The notes under the pieces: model-generated
Database searches by the model: none
What the model saw: the letters and a program-made list of their open reading frames with translations, nothing else
Told to the model about the DNA's origin: nothing
Origin: Thermoanaerobaculia bacterium
Lineage (GTDB): Bacteria; Acidobacteriota; Thermoanaerobaculia; Multivoradales; Multivoraceae
Assembly (NCBI GenBank): GCA_963664405.1
Contig: OY761158.1
Coordinates: 6,048,001-6,112,000, forward strand
Direction of reading: 5' to 3'
DNA length: 64,000 nucleotides
Shown: positions 30,898-41,272 of the stretch, one piece after another
Layout: the number at the start of each line of letters is the position of its first letter
Numbering within the stretch: the stretch's first letter is position 1
Made by a program: the position numbers and the translations under genes

Positions 30898-32490
30898 ATG
30901 CTCGACCGCGATCTCGTTCTCCCCCATCTGCTCGCCAAGTTGGCGCGTGAACACCCCGACCGGATCTTCGTCCAACAGGTCGACGGACCCGAGCTGACGT
31001 ACGCGGAGCTGCACGAGCGGAACCTGCTGTGGGCCGATGCCTTCCGTCGCTTGGGCGTCGGGCCCCAGCACAGGGTTGCGACCATGCTGCCGACCACCGT
31101 CGAAGCCTACAACGCCTGGATGGGGCTGTCGTGGCTGCGAGCCATCGAGGTGCCGCTGAACTCAATGTACCGCGGGCGCATGCTCGCCTACGTTGTGGAC
31201 AACTGCGACGCTACGGTTCTCGTGATCGGCAAGGACTACATCGACCGGCTCGCGGACGTTGCCGCGGACCTGGGGAATCTCGAGACCGTCGTAGTTCCCG
31301 ACGGCGACGAAGTGAACTTGCAGCTCCCATTCGAGGTGATGACGCGAGCTGAGTTCCTGGACGCGGCGGCTCCGGCCGCTGATCTGGAGGGGCCGGCCCA
31401 CAGCGACGTGGCTTGCATCATCTACACCTCCGGGACCACAGGGCCATCGAAGGGCGTCCTCGTACCCTGGGCCGAGCTGTACTGGTTCGACCTGCTTCTC
31501 CCCGACACGCTGGACGCCGACGGCGCGTACTATACGTTCTTCGCGCCGTTCCATGTGTCCGGCAAGCTGAGCCTCTACATTCCTGCCAAGCGCCAAGTGC
31601 GCCTGGTGCTTCGTGACGGCTTCAGCCGCAGCGAATTCTGGAACGACGTGCGACGCTACGCCTGCACGGCCTGCGGTCTGGTGGGGCCGCTGGCGCGCCT
31701 TCTCCTGCTCAACCCCGAGCGGCCCGACGACTCGGATAACCCACTTCGCTCCGCGAGTTGTGGGCCCTTGTTCCCGGAGATCGACGTCTTTCGCGAGCGG
31801 TTCGGAGTCGAGGTCGGCACCGGCTACGGGATGACCGAGATCGGGGCGGTGACAGCAACGGAGGGCTTCTCGATCGAGGACTGGCGGAGCTGCGGGAAGG
31901 CCCGCACCGGTCGTCCCGGCTACGAGCTTCGCGTCGTCGACGAGCAGGACGAGCCCGTCGAGGAAGGCGTCATTGGGGAGCTGATCGTCCGCTGCGACGA
32001 GCCCTGGTGCATGAGCCTCGGCTACTACGGCATGCCCGAGAAAACTGCCGAGTCCTGGCGCAACGGCTGGTTCCACACCGGCGACGGCTTCCGCTGCGAC
32101 GAGAACGGCAACTTCTACTTCGTGGATCGCCTGAAGGACGCGATCAGGCGACGAGGTGAGAACATCTCGTCCTTCGAGGTCGAAGCGTATGTCAACGACC
32201 ATCCCGACGTGGAGGAGTGCGCTGCGATCGGCGTGCCGTCGGAGCTCGGCGAGGACGAGGTGAAGGTGTGTGTCGTCCGTCGTCCCGATTCGAGCCTCGA
32301 CGCCCAAGCTCTGATTGAGTACCTGCTCCCAAACATGCCGCGGTTCATGGTTCCCCGCTTCGTGGAGCTCGTCGACGCACTGCCGAAGACCGATGCCACG
32401 GCCCGGACGCGCAAGATCGAGCTGCGAGAGAACGCGCTCAACGAGCGCACCTGGGATCGAGACGAGGCCGGAGTCGAAGTACCGAGGTGA
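30898..32490 (+). CDS. ATP-dependent acyl-CoA ligase (CaiC-like)
   Basis: YTSGTTGPSKG, YGMTE, DR.KDAIRRRGENISSFEVE. Confidence 0.9.
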   Translation: MLDRDLVLPHLLAKLAREHPDRIFVQQVDGPELTYAELHERNLLWADAFRRLGVGPQHRVATMLPTTVEAYNAWMGLSWLRAIEVPLNSMYRGRMLAYVVDNCDATVLVIGKDYIDRLADVAADLGNLETVVVPDGDEVNLQLPFEVMTRAEFLDAAAPAADLEGPAHSDVACIIYTSGTTGPSKGVLVPWAELYWFDLLLPDTLDADGAYYTFFAPFHVSGKLSLYIPAKRQVRLVLRDGFSRSEFWNDVRRYACTACGLVGPLARLLLLNPERPDDSDNPLRSASCGPLFPEIDVFRERFGVEVGTGYGMTEIGAVTATEGFSIEDWRSCGKARTGRPGYELRVVDEQDEPVEEGVIGELIVRCDEPWCMSLGYYGMPEKTAESWRNGWFHTGDGFRCDENGNFYFVDRLKDAIRRRGENISSFEVEAYVNDHPDVEECAAIGVPSELGEDEVKVCVVRRPDSSLDAQALIEYLLPNMPRFMVPRFVELVDALPKTDATARTRKIELRENALNERTWDRDEAGVEVPR

Positions 32491-32540
32491 GGCATGTCGA
32501 GCTGGTATTCTTAAGTCCGCATCTGCACGGAGATTGAGAG

Positions 32541-33008
32541 ATGGGACCCCTTCGCGGCATCAAAGTCATCGAGCTCCAGGGGATCGGCCCCGGACCGTTT
32601 TGCGGAATGATGCTGTCGGACATGGGCGCGGACGTCGTGCGCATCGACCGCGCAACCGCGGTTGGCTCCGTTGCTCCCGGCAAACCTCCCGCGGACGTAT
32701 TGGCCCGTGGTCGCCGCAGCATCGGGGTCGACCTGAAGAACCCCGAGGGCGTCAAAGTGGTACTTCGGCTGGTGGCAGGGGCCGACGTGCTCATCGAGGG
32801 CTTCCGCCCCGGTGTGACCGAGCGACTCGGCATCGGCCCCGACGTGTGTCTTGCTCGCAACCCGCGCCTCGTCTACGGACGCATGACCGGTTGGGGCCAG
32901 GAGGGCCCGATGGCCCAGGCCGCCGGCCACGACATCAACTACATCGCCCTGGCCGGTGCGCTGGAGCCGATCGGCCGGCGCCTTCGCGACGCCCAGGCGA
33001 TCGCATAG
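32541..33008 (+). pseudogene. Truncated CaiB/BaiF (AMACR-like) CoA transferase
   Basis: GIGPGPF, EGFRPGV.ERLG, GHDINY, stops at 155 aa, well short of typical family length. Confidence 0.85.
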
Positions 33009-33041
33009 CACGCGACAGCCGATCCGAGAACGAGGACACCT

Positions 33042-33902
33042 GTGCCGAACAAGACCGACGACGACGCGCGCATCCGTTACCAGATCCCCGCTCCAGCGGT
33101 GGCGCGGGTGACACTCGCCCGTCCGGAGGCGCGCAACGCCCAGGACAAGAAGATGCTCTACGAGCTGGACGAAGCGCTGCGCCGGGCCGCCATGGACGAT
33201 GCGATCAAGGTCATCGTCATCGCAGCGGACGGTCCGCACTTTTCGTCGGGCCACGACCTGCGCGACTCGACTCGGTCGAGCGATTTCACGACCGCGAGTC
33301 TGTGGGGAGGCGCCGAGCTCCCGGGAAGCGAGGGGCGGATGGCGGTTGAGGCGGAGACCTACCTCGGTCTTTGCTGGCGTTGGCGAAACCTCCCCAAACC
33401 GACCCTCGTGCAGGTGCAGGGCAAGGTCATCGCAGGAGGGCTAATGCTGGTGTGGCCGTTCGACGTAGTGGTCGCGAGCGAGGATGCAACCTTTTCCGAC
33501 CCTGTGGTCGCGTTCGGCATCGGAGGGCACGAGTTCTTCACCCACGTCTGGGAGTTGGGAGCTCGCAAGGCGAAGGAGATGTTGTTCACCGGCGCTGCGC
33601 TAGGTGCCCGCGAGTGTCACCGGCTCGGGATGGTGAACCACGTAGTGCCGCGCGCCGAGCTCGAGAGCTTCACCCTCGACCTCGCCCAACGCATCGCCTC
33701 GCGTCCCAGCATGGGCCTCAAGCTTGCAAAGCAAGCCGTGAACCAGAGCTTGGACGCCCAAGGTCAGTGGACGGCAGTGCAGGCGGCGTTCTCGCTCCAC
33801 CAACTCGGCCACTCCCACGCCATGGAAATCCACGGGAACGTCGTCGACCCGGCCGGGGCCGACGTCATCCGGCGTGAGGCCGAGGAGCCGGAAGAGATCT
33901 GA
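33042..33902 (+). CDS. Enoyl-CoA hydratase family
   Basis: FSSGHDL, KPT..QVQG..IAGGLML. Confidence 0.9.
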   Translation: MPNKTDDDARIRYQIPAPAVARVTLARPEARNAQDKKMLYELDEALRRAAMDDAIKVIVIAADGPHFSSGHDLRDSTRSSDFTTASLWGGAELPGSEGRMAVEAETYLGLCWRWRNLPKPTLVQVQGKVIAGGLMLVWPFDVVVASEDATFSDPVVAFGIGGHEFFTHVWELGARKAKEMLFTGAALGARECHRLGMVNHVVPRAELESFTLDLAQRIASRPSMGLKLAKQAVNQSLDAQGQWTAVQAAFSLHQLGHSHAMEIHGNVVDPAGADVIRREAEEPEEI

Positions 33903-33993
33903 GGCCGCACCAGGTCCCGCACAACCCCAGCGCGGTAGCGGTAGAATCGACCGGGAACAGGACGACGAAGACGTCACCAGGGGACGATCGCAG

Positions 33994-35226
33994 ATGGACT
34001 TCCACGACACCGCAGAGGACGCCGATTTCCGCGCCAGAGCCCGCTCGTGGCTGGCTGAGAATTGTCGGCCCAAGGATGCGGAAGACGCCGTCTTCTTGGA
34101 TCGCGAAGACGAGCCGCTGTATGTCGAGCGCGCCAAAGAGTTCCAGGCCAAGCGTGCAGATGCCGGCCTCGGGGCCATCCATTGGCCTCGAGAGTACGGG
34201 GGGAGCGGCGGAACCCCCATTCAGACGGTCATCTGGTCCCAGGAGGAGCTCGCCTTCGACGTGCCACGGTGGGTCTTCGAGATCGGCCTGGGAATGTGCG
34301 GGCCGACCCTGATGGCGTATGCAGATCAGGAAACAAAAAATCGTTTACTCTCGCGGATGGTACGCGGCGACGACATCTGGTGCCAGATGTTTTCGGAGCC
34401 GGCAGCCGGCTCGGACGTCGCCGCGATCCGGACGCGGGCTGAGCGGGACGGCGACGATTGGCTCATCAACGGTCAGAAGGTCTGGACGTCGGGAGCACAC
34501 TACTCGCAGTACGGGATCCTGCTTGCACGTCACGATCCGACTCTTCCCAAGCACAAGGGGTTGACCTTCTTCTGGGTCGATATGGCGACGCCGGGGATCG
34601 AGGTGAAGCCCATCCGTCAGATTTCGGGCCGGTCGCACTTCAACGAAGTCTTCTTCACCGACGTTCGCATTCCGGACTCTCAGCGACTCGGTGAGATAGG
34701 TGAAGGCTGGCAAGTCGCGATCACCACTCTGATGAACGAGCGACTGGCGGTCGGAGCGGGTGGCGGCCTCGACTTCCCCGACATCTTCGCCCTGGCGCGG
34801 AAGATGGAGGTCGACGGCGTGCCCGTCCTCTCCAATACAGCGACCCGGGACCGACTCGCAGACTGGTACGTCCAGTCCGAAGGGCTTCGTCTCAACCAGG
34901 CCCGCACTCTAACGAGGCTCAGCAGAGGGGAGACTCCGGGTCCGGAGTCGTCGATCGAGAAGGTCGTGGGTGCTCCGAAGATCCAGGACATCGCGTCTTT
35001 CGGGGTCGATCTGCTCGAGCAGGCGGGAGTGCTCCTCGACAGCGACACGACCCCGGGCGGGAGCCTTTTCCAAGAGAACTTCCTCGCGTCCCCGAGCCTG
35101 CGAATCGGCGGCGGCACCGACGAAGTCCTGCGTAATGTGATCGCCGAGCGTGTGCTACAGCTCCCCGGCGACATTCGCGTCGACCGGGATGTGCCCTTCA
35201 AAGAGATCCCGCGCGGTCGTGCATAA
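33994..35226 (+). CDS. Acyl-CoA dehydrogenase
   Basis: WCQMFSEP.AGSD, NGQKVWTS, FNEVFF, IGGGTDEV.RN. Confidence 0.93.
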   Translation: MDFHDTAEDADFRARARSWLAENCRPKDAEDAVFLDREDEPLYVERAKEFQAKRADAGLGAIHWPREYGGSGGTPIQTVIWSQEELAFDVPRWVFEIGLGMCGPTLMAYADQETKNRLLSRMVRGDDIWCQMFSEPAAGSDVAAIRTRAERDGDDWLINGQKVWTSGAHYSQYGILLARHDPTLPKHKGLTFFWVDMATPGIEVKPIRQISGRSHFNEVFFTDVRIPDSQRLGEIGEGWQVAITTLMNERLAVGAGGGLDFPDIFALARKMEVDGVPVLSNTATRDRLADWYVQSEGLRLNQARTLTRLSRGETPGPESSIEKVVGAPKIQDIASFGVDLLEQAGVLLDSDTTPGGSLFQENFLASPSLRIGGGTDEVLRNVIAERVLQLPGDIRVDRDVPFKEIPRGRA

Positions 35227-35248
35227 AGATCCTTTGGCTCCCCGCGGG

Positions 35249-36523
35249 GTGCCGGTGCCGGCTCGACCGTGCGTCCGATGCCCCATCGGTCTGGTGCCGC
35301 TATCACGAGTTGGCCGAGCGGTCCGCACCGGGAGCGCGGGTGCCTGCCTCCTCCTGGCGGCGTCGGTTGCCATCGGCGCAAAGGAGCCGACTTGGTCGGG
35401 TGAGGTAGCGCGGATCGTCCATCAGAGCTGTGCCGGCTGTCATCATCCAGGGGGCCCGGCACCAATGAGCCTTCTTCGCTACGACGAGGTACGGCCCTGG
35501 GTGAAGTCTCTGGCGCGTCAAGTTGCGGCCGGCTCGATGCCGCCCTGGCACGCGGCCGGCGAGCATGGAACCTTCGCCAACGATCGTCGCCTGCCGTCGA
35601 GCGAGCGCGACACTTTGTTGGCGTGGGCGGCGTCGGGAGCCCCGATGGGCGAGAGGTCGGAGGCTCCCGAGCCGCCGAGCTTCCTAGACGGCTGGAGAAT
35701 CGGCGAGCCGGATCTGATCCTCGAGATGCCCGAGGAGGTCACCGTACCCGCCAGTGGTGAGCTGCCCTACCACGACTATGTGGTCGACCCTGGGTTCGAG
35801 GAGGATGTGTGGGTTCGCGCCGCCGAGTCTCGACCGGGTAACCCGAATGTCGTTCATCACATCATCGTCGGCTATCTGACCGACGATCCTCTGGCTCGAC
35901 ATCGAATGCAGCAAGAGGGGCTCGAGAGCCGAGTGCAGGGCAGCCTCGGAGGCTATGTTCCGGGTGACGAGCCGTTGGTGTTGGGAGAGGGGATGGCTCG
36001 GCTGATCCCGGCGGGATCGAAGATCTACTTCCAGATGCACTACACCCCGACCGGCAAGGTCGAGACCGATCGCTCCCGCCTCGGTCTGGTCCTGGCCGAC
36101 GGGCCGCCGCGCCATGAAGTTCGCACCGGCATCGCGTCGAGCCCCTTCATTCACATTCCGGCAGGCTCTCCCGACAAGTCTCTGAGTGCGAGCTTCAGCT
36201 TTCGTCGAGACAGCATCCTCCTGTCGATGCGTCCTCATCTCCACCTGCGGGGGAAGAGCTTCCAATACCTGGCGCGCTACCCGGATGGCTCGGAGGAGAT
36301 CCTGCTCGAAGTGCCTGACTACGATTTTAGCTGGCAGACCCGTTACCTGCTCGCCGAGCCCAAGCGCATACCCGCCGGCACCGAGCTGGTTTGCACCGGC
36401 ACCTGGGACAATTCGAGTGCGAACCCGAGCAACCCGGATCCGAGCATCGACGTTTCTTGGGGGCAGCAGACCGATGACGAGATGATGATCGGTTTTTTCG
36501 AGTATTACGAGCTTGCCGACTGA
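35249..36523 (+). CDS. Secreted c-type heme (CAGCH) + copper type II monooxygenase-like protein
   Basis: CxxCH, VVHH, PHLH.RGK, DEMM motifs; start approximate. Confidence 0.7.
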   Translation: MPVPARPCVRCPIGLVPLSRVGRAVRTGSAGACLLLAASVAIGAKEPTWSGEVARIVHQSCAGCHHPGGPAPMSLLRYDEVRPWVKSLARQVAAGSMPPWHAAGEHGTFANDRRLPSSERDTLLAWAASGAPMGERSEAPEPPSFLDGWRIGEPDLILEMPEEVTVPASGELPYHDYVVDPGFEEDVWVRAAESRPGNPNVVHHIIVGYLTDDPLARHRMQQEGLESRVQGSLGGYVPGDEPLVLGEGMARLIPAGSKIYFQMHYTPTGKVETDRSRLGLVLADGPPRHEVRTGIASSPFIHIPAGSPDKSLSASFSFRRDSILLSMRPHLHLRGKSFQYLARYPDGSEEILLEVPDYDFSWQTRYLLAEPKRIPAGTELVCTGTWDNSSANPSNPDPSIDVSWGQQTDDEMMIGFFEYYELAD

Positions 36524-36579
36524 GAGCCTCCGACGGGGCGTACGTCAGATTTGTGAGATGAGTTGGGTGGGTGTGGCAG

Positions 36580-37210
36580 CTAGGCAGTGTGTCGGCAGCG
36601 GTGTGGGGAGTTCCAGAACATTTCGAATCGGCCGCTGAGCTTCGCACAGCGCAGAGCCAGGATGGCGTTAGCGCCGTCGAGGCTCCAGTGCATCCCGGCG
36701 CGCTTGAGGCGGTGGCCGACGACCACCTTGCAGCCGGCTTCGACCACCCCAGTCGAGGTGCAGAGACCCTCGGCGCGGAAGCGATCGTAGCGCATGCGAT
36801 GGCGGTTGCGCTGGAAGTACGCTGCCGCCTTGCGGGCCTCGAGCTCCTCGTAGCGCTGCTCGGTCCAAACCGTGGCGAGATCGCTGGGGGATCCGTAAAT
36901 GGCGCGGGCCACTTCGCTGAGATGCTCTTTGGCGTGGTAAAGGTCGACGATCTGGGTCGCCCGGGGAAAGAGCTCGTCGGCGAGATTCCAGATCCACCGG
37001 GCCCCATCGCCTAAAACGACCTGGCGCGGCACGCGCTCGAAGCCTCGACGTTTGGCTTCCCGCTCGACCCGCTGCCAGAAGGGAGCCACCTCGCGGTCCA
37101 CGTCGTGTGTGGCCGCCGTCTCGATGGCGGCGGGGTAGCTCACCGAGCCGCGATCTCGCACCGGCCGATCCTCCTCGTCGCGCCCCTGGGCACTCCAGAG
37201 CGTACACAGC
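36580..37210 (-). pseudogene. ISKra4-like transposase, C-terminal part
   Basis: Rejoins the N-terminal part as TREVKL|CTLWS after removing IS21 and one TSD. Confidence 0.88.
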
Positions 37211-37219
37211 TGTTACCGG

Positions 37220-37576
37220 CTACGAGAAAGCGCACTTAGTTGGCTGCGAGTCGGTTTTTTGTCCCCGCGAGGCGTGACTCAGGGTGTGGCGCAGATAGTC
37301 GAGGTACCCCTCGGGGGGTGGCGTCGTGGGGAGTTCTCGGAGGATGGGGAGAAAGTAGGCGAGGGATCGGATGGGCTGGAGCTTTGGTAGGCGCGGATCT
37401 CGGCATGCGCGTCGGGCGGAGCCGAGGAGGAGGGCGGCCTGGAGGACGGTGAGAGGCAGGTCTTGGTCGAAGAGCTGGTCGACGATGACGCGGTCGCCGT
37501 GGTGGAAGCGGTGCGGGGTGTCGGGAAGGAGTCGATAGAGGCGGAGGAGCTGGCGCCGATAGTGGCTTCGGGTCAT
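37220..37576 (-). CDS. Hypothetical IS21 passenger protein
   Basis: ATGA overlap with istB stop; lies within the IRs. Confidence 0.65.
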   Translation of the reverse strand: MTRSHYRRQLLRLYRLLPDTPHRFHHGDRVIVDQLFDQDLPLTVLQAALLLGSARRACRDPRLPKLQPIRSLAYFLPILRELPTTPPPEGYLDYLRHTLSHASRGQKTDSQPTKCAFS

Positions 37577-38367
37577 GAGCGTCGTCGTGCTGCGCTCCGC
37601 CTTTTGGCGCGGTCCTTGGCCTTTTTTTCAGCAGCCTCCTTGGCCTCCTTGCGGCGATAGGAGTTAGCCTCGATCTTGACGATCTCGGCGTGGTGGGTGA
37701 GTCGATCGACGAGAGTGACGACGCAGGAGGCGTTGGGAAAGACCTCGGCCCATTCGGCGAAGGGCTTGTTGGTGGTGAGAAGAATGGGCTTGTTGCCGTA
37801 TCTCCTGGAGACGACCTCGAAGAGGAGATCCGCGTGGCGGTGGTCGTAGGAGAGATAGCCGAGCTCATCGATTGCCAAAAGCGAGGGTCGGGTGTATTTG
37901 GAGAGCCTTCTCTGGAGCGCCGAGGGGGTTTCCTGGACGGCGAGATCGTTGAGCATGTCGGAGGCGGTGACGAAGCTGGCGGTGGCCCCTCGTTGCAGCG
38001 CCTGGTAGAGGAGGTTCTTGGCAATCATGGTCTTGCCGACACCGTTGGGTCCGAGGAGGATGACGTTGGTGATGTCGTCGAGGAATTGGAGGGTGAGCAG
38101 ATCCTGGATCTGCTCGCGGTCGATGCGCTGGGGCCAGGAGAAGTCGAAGTCGGCGATGCTCTTGAAGAGCCCGACGCGGCTGGTGCGGATGCGCCGTTCG
38201 AGGCTGCGCCGTTTGCGCTCGGCCTCTTCTTTGCGCAGCAGCTGTTCGAGCCAGGGCTGTTCTCGGTAGGTGCCCCAGTCGTCGACGAGGGCGTAGAAGC
38301 CGAGGGATCGGGCGAGCTCTCGTAGTGGTTCGTCAGGGATCGTTGGACTCTTCCTGGGTCGGGCCAT
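37573..38367 (-). CDS. istB: IS21 helper ATPase IstB
   Basis: GPNGVGKT, IDELGY, TTN, DRL.HH. Confidence 0.95.
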   Translation of the reverse strand: MARPRKSPTIPDEPLRELARSLGFYALVDDWGTYREQPWLEQLLRKEEAERKRRSLERRIRTSRVGLFKSIADFDFSWPQRIDREQIQDLLTLQFLDDITNVILLGPNGVGKTMIAKNLLYQALQRGATASFVTASDMLNDLAVQETPSALQRRLSKYTRPSLLAIDELGYLSYDHRHADLLFEVVSRRYGNKPILLTTNKPFAEWAEVFPNASCVVTLVDRLTHHAEIVKIEANSYRRKEAKEAAEKKAKDRAKRRSAARRRS

Positions 38368-39841
38368 CGTCGTTGCCTCCAAGTTGGTCGTAGTCCTCGA
38401 GGTTGTGCGGTCTCACGGAGAGATCTCGCTGTTGGAGCTCCTGGCTGAGCGGCACCGGTAAAGCCGGGGGCTGACCGAGGCCGCGCTGGTGCCGTTCGAG
38501 TAGGAGCCGGACGGACTGGAATCGCGGTGCGTGGTTCAGGAGCGCTTCGCGCACGGCTTTGTCGAGTCGCTGGGGGCCGTACTGGCGCAGGAGTCGGAGC
38601 AGGCCGGCGGTCTGCGTTCCGAGGTTCTCGCCTCGCTCGGCGAGCTGCTGCATCAGCTCTTCGCATCGAGGCACAGCGGAAAACAGCCGATGGAAGCCCC
38701 GGTGTCGTCGGGCCCTGCGTTTGTGAGCGAGGAGCTCCTCGAGGTGTTGAGGATCGAGGATCTGCTCGCCCCGGGAGTACGAGCGAGGGTGCTCGGCGAG
38801 GAGCTCCTGGCCATCGAGGATCCGCACCCGATGCTCGCTGGCGAGGAGCGTGACGGTCCTCTGCACATGACTGTGCGGCACCGAGTAGTCGTTGAGGTCG
38901 AAGCGCACGATCGGCGTCTTTCTGACCTTGATCTCCAGTCGCAGGTCGGTTTCGAAGTCGTCTCCGGGAAGCTCAAGCAGTCGAGGTCGTTCCTGGGCCA
39001 GGGCGCTTTTCACGGTTCGCTGTCGGTCCTGCGGCCAGGGTCTGCGCTGCGACCTCTGGCACCATTCCAGGACCTGCCGATTCAGACGATCCAAATCGCT
39101 CACCGTTCGGGCGCCGAAGAACGAGCTTCGCAGGAAGCGGATTGCGCGCTCGACGCGGCCTTTCTCATTTCCCCGAGCCACCGCGGCGACGGTGGGAAGG
39201 AAGCCGTAGTGGCTGGCGAAATCGAGCAGCACGGGATGGAAGCGCACCGCGGTTCCCTGCCGCTCGATCACCGCGGTTCGCAGGTTGTCGTACAGAACGG
39301 TCCTGACGACGCCGTCGACGTAGTGGAAGGCCAGCTGGTGAGCGTGCAAGAAGGTTTCGAGACGAGTGTCGAGGGTGAAGTGCACGAAGACCGTGCGCGA
39401 GAACGACAGCACGAAGACGAAGGCATAGAGCCGACGATGTGCCCGGCCGACGCGGAGCCGACCGAAGTGGCCCCAGTCGACCTGCGCCTGCTCTCCTGGC
39501 AGCATGCGCAGCGAGAGAAACGCCTCGCGCTGGGGCTTCGGTCGCATCGAGGCCACCAGGTGGCGAAACTGATCCGGGCCTCCTGGATAGCCGCGCTCCA
39601 CCACCATGGTGTAGAGACGGCTCGCCGGCAGTCGTGGGTAGGTCCCGAGCACCTGCTCGATGAACGGCAGGTAAGGATCGATCATCCTCCCTCGTCGCTG
39701 CTGGGGTAGCACGCCGGACTTCTCCAGCGCCCGGCGCACGGTTGAGGGGTGCAGCTGTAGCTGTCGAGCGATCGTGCCGACTTTCCACTTCTCGACCAGG
39801 AACAGACGACGGATCTCCCCGCGCAGCTGTGCGTCGATCAC
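38333..39841 (-). CDS. istA: IS21 transposase IstA
   Basis: PGEQAQVDWG, YDN, EKGRVER. Confidence 0.95.
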   Translation of the reverse strand: MIDAQLRGEIRRLFLVEKWKVGTIARQLQLHPSTVRRALEKSGVLPQQRRGRMIDPYLPFIEQVLGTYPRLPASRLYTMVVERGYPGGPDQFRHLVASMRPKPQREAFLSLRMLPGEQAQVDWGHFGRLRVGRAHRRLYAFVFVLSFSRTVFVHFTLDTRLETFLHAHQLAFHYVDGVVRTVLYDNLRTAVIERQGTAVRFHPVLLDFASHYGFLPTVAAVARGNEKGRVERAIRFLRSSFFGARTVSDLDRLNRQVLEWCQRSQRRPWPQDRQRTVKSALAQERPRLLELPGDDFETDLRLEIKVRKTPIVRFDLNDYSVPHSHVQRTVTLLASEHRVRILDGQELLAEHPRSYSRGEQILDPQHLEELLAHKRRARRHRGFHRLFSAVPRCEELMQQLAERGENLGTQTAGLLRLLRQYGPQRLDKAVREALLNHAPRFQSVRLLLERHQRGLGQPPALPVPLSQELQQRDLSVRPHNLEDYDQLGGNDDGPTQEESNDP

Positions 39842-39845
39842 GCCC

Positions 39846-40241
39846 CTATCTCCGTCGGCAACGACGAAAGCTCGTTCGCACAAACTCTCGGCAGGCCTCT
39901 CCACACTGCATGCATCGCGGATTCCTCGGGTCGTAGCGCACTTCGCGCCTCGGAGTCTCGATCCGACACAGTGTCCTCCCCGAAGTACCGCCTGGGGTAC
40001 CCTGATGCGTCACTTTCTCTGCCCGCTCGCGCTGGCGCCGACGGTAGCGGGCCTGACGGGCGGCATGACAATGCCGACCTCGGAGGCTTCGCTGGTACCG
40101 ATGGCCGGCCGCCCGAGTCGATTCCCGACGAGCCACCAGAGCACAAGCCCGGCAGTAACGCTGGCCACGGTCACAGTGCGAGCACAGCGAGATACGCCGA
40201 CGGCATCGAGCACAGTCGAAGAGTCGGTAGTCCGGTCGCAT
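39846..40241 (-). CDS. Cys/Arg-rich putative Zn-binding protein upstream of istA
   Basis: CARC...CSHCDRGQRYC..C and C-terminal CMQC. Confidence 0.7.
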   Translation of the reverse strand: MRPDYRLFDCARCRRRISLCSHCDRGQRYCRACALVARRESTRAAGHRYQRSLRGRHCHAARQARYRRRQRERAEKVTHQGTPGGTSGRTLCRIETPRREVRYDPRNPRCMQCGEACREFVRTSFRRCRRR

Positions 40242-40600
40242 CGTCGCCTCCCATTCGACGACGACCCCGACTCTCTGCCATACTGCAAGCGCAGCTAATG
40301 CTGCGGTTTGGGGCAGAGCCCGGGGCGTTTTCTACTTCGCTTTCCCGGGCTCTCGCCGTCTCTGGTCGGCCTGCTCTATCAGAGCAGAGCCCGCACTGCA
40401 AAGCCCTACACCGACTCACGCATCTCTTCCGACCGCAAACACGCCGCCGGGACCACGCACCCGGACCGCCGTTCCGGCGGGATGATGCCGCCCTTCCTGA
40501 AGAAGGCCTAGCTTTCCCGCGGTCGCGAAGCCCTCAGCTCACTCCATCCCGGAAACTGCGCTCGCAGCCAACGGGATGCGCTTTCTCGCAGCCATCAACA

Positions 40601-41272
40601 ACAGCTTCACCTCGCGGGTCTTGGCCGATCCGTCGGGCTGCTTGCCGGCGCGGCCCGAGAGCTCGGAGCGGCGCATCGGCACCCCGGTGCCGTCCACTCC
40701 GAGGTACAGCGTCGCCGGGATCTCGGAAGAGTTGGCGGGCTCGACGACCTGTTGCTCATGCTGGGCGATCTCACGCCCCAAGGCCTCGGCGGTGCGCTCC
40801 ACCTGTTTGGCGCCGATCTGGACCCCGGCCAGCTCCGAGAGCAGCTCGCTGCCCTCCTGGAAGCTCACCAGGGCGCCGACGGTGCCCACCATCCGGGTGA
40901 ACGGCCGGCGACAGCGAGCGGCCTTCGAGACCCAGCACACGGTCTCGGGGGCAGAAGCCTGTCTTACAGTGCAGACAGTCGTAATACGCCCGCTCCAGGC
41001 GCATCGCTCCCAGCACGGTCTCGAAGTGTTTGGCTCGACGGCCCGCGTAGCGCGCTGTCTGACCACAGGCGCAGGGTGCACTCGCCCCGACGTGGTCGGA
41101 CCGATCGGCATTGAGCCGCCGCTCGACCGCCCGCGCCGCGAGCTCGAGGGCTTGACACCGCACGGTCGTCTCCAGGGCCTCGAAGTCGAGCGCCTCGACC
41201 GCCTCTGGGCTGATCAGCGTCTCGACTTCGGTCGCGATCTCGGCCTCGAAGATCGTCTGGAGCCCTTTTTTT
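40601..41272 (-). pseudogene. ISKra4-like transposase, N-terminal part, with additional frameshift near 40900
   Basis: CACG..ARY.GRR, RAYY.C..C, then frame change to TRMVG...VDGTGVP. Confidence 0.8.

Larger units (their letters stand above)
37211..40600 (-). mobile_element. IS21-family element with two extra ORFs
   Basis: TG...CA ends, IRs TGTTACCGGCTACGAGAAAGCGCA / TGCGCTTTCTCGCAGCCATCAACA, 5-bp TSD ACAGC. Confidence 0.95.

Noticed and set aside
36524-36535. Target-site duplication for the ISKra4-like element
   Set aside because: Left and right flanks share no matching direct repeat
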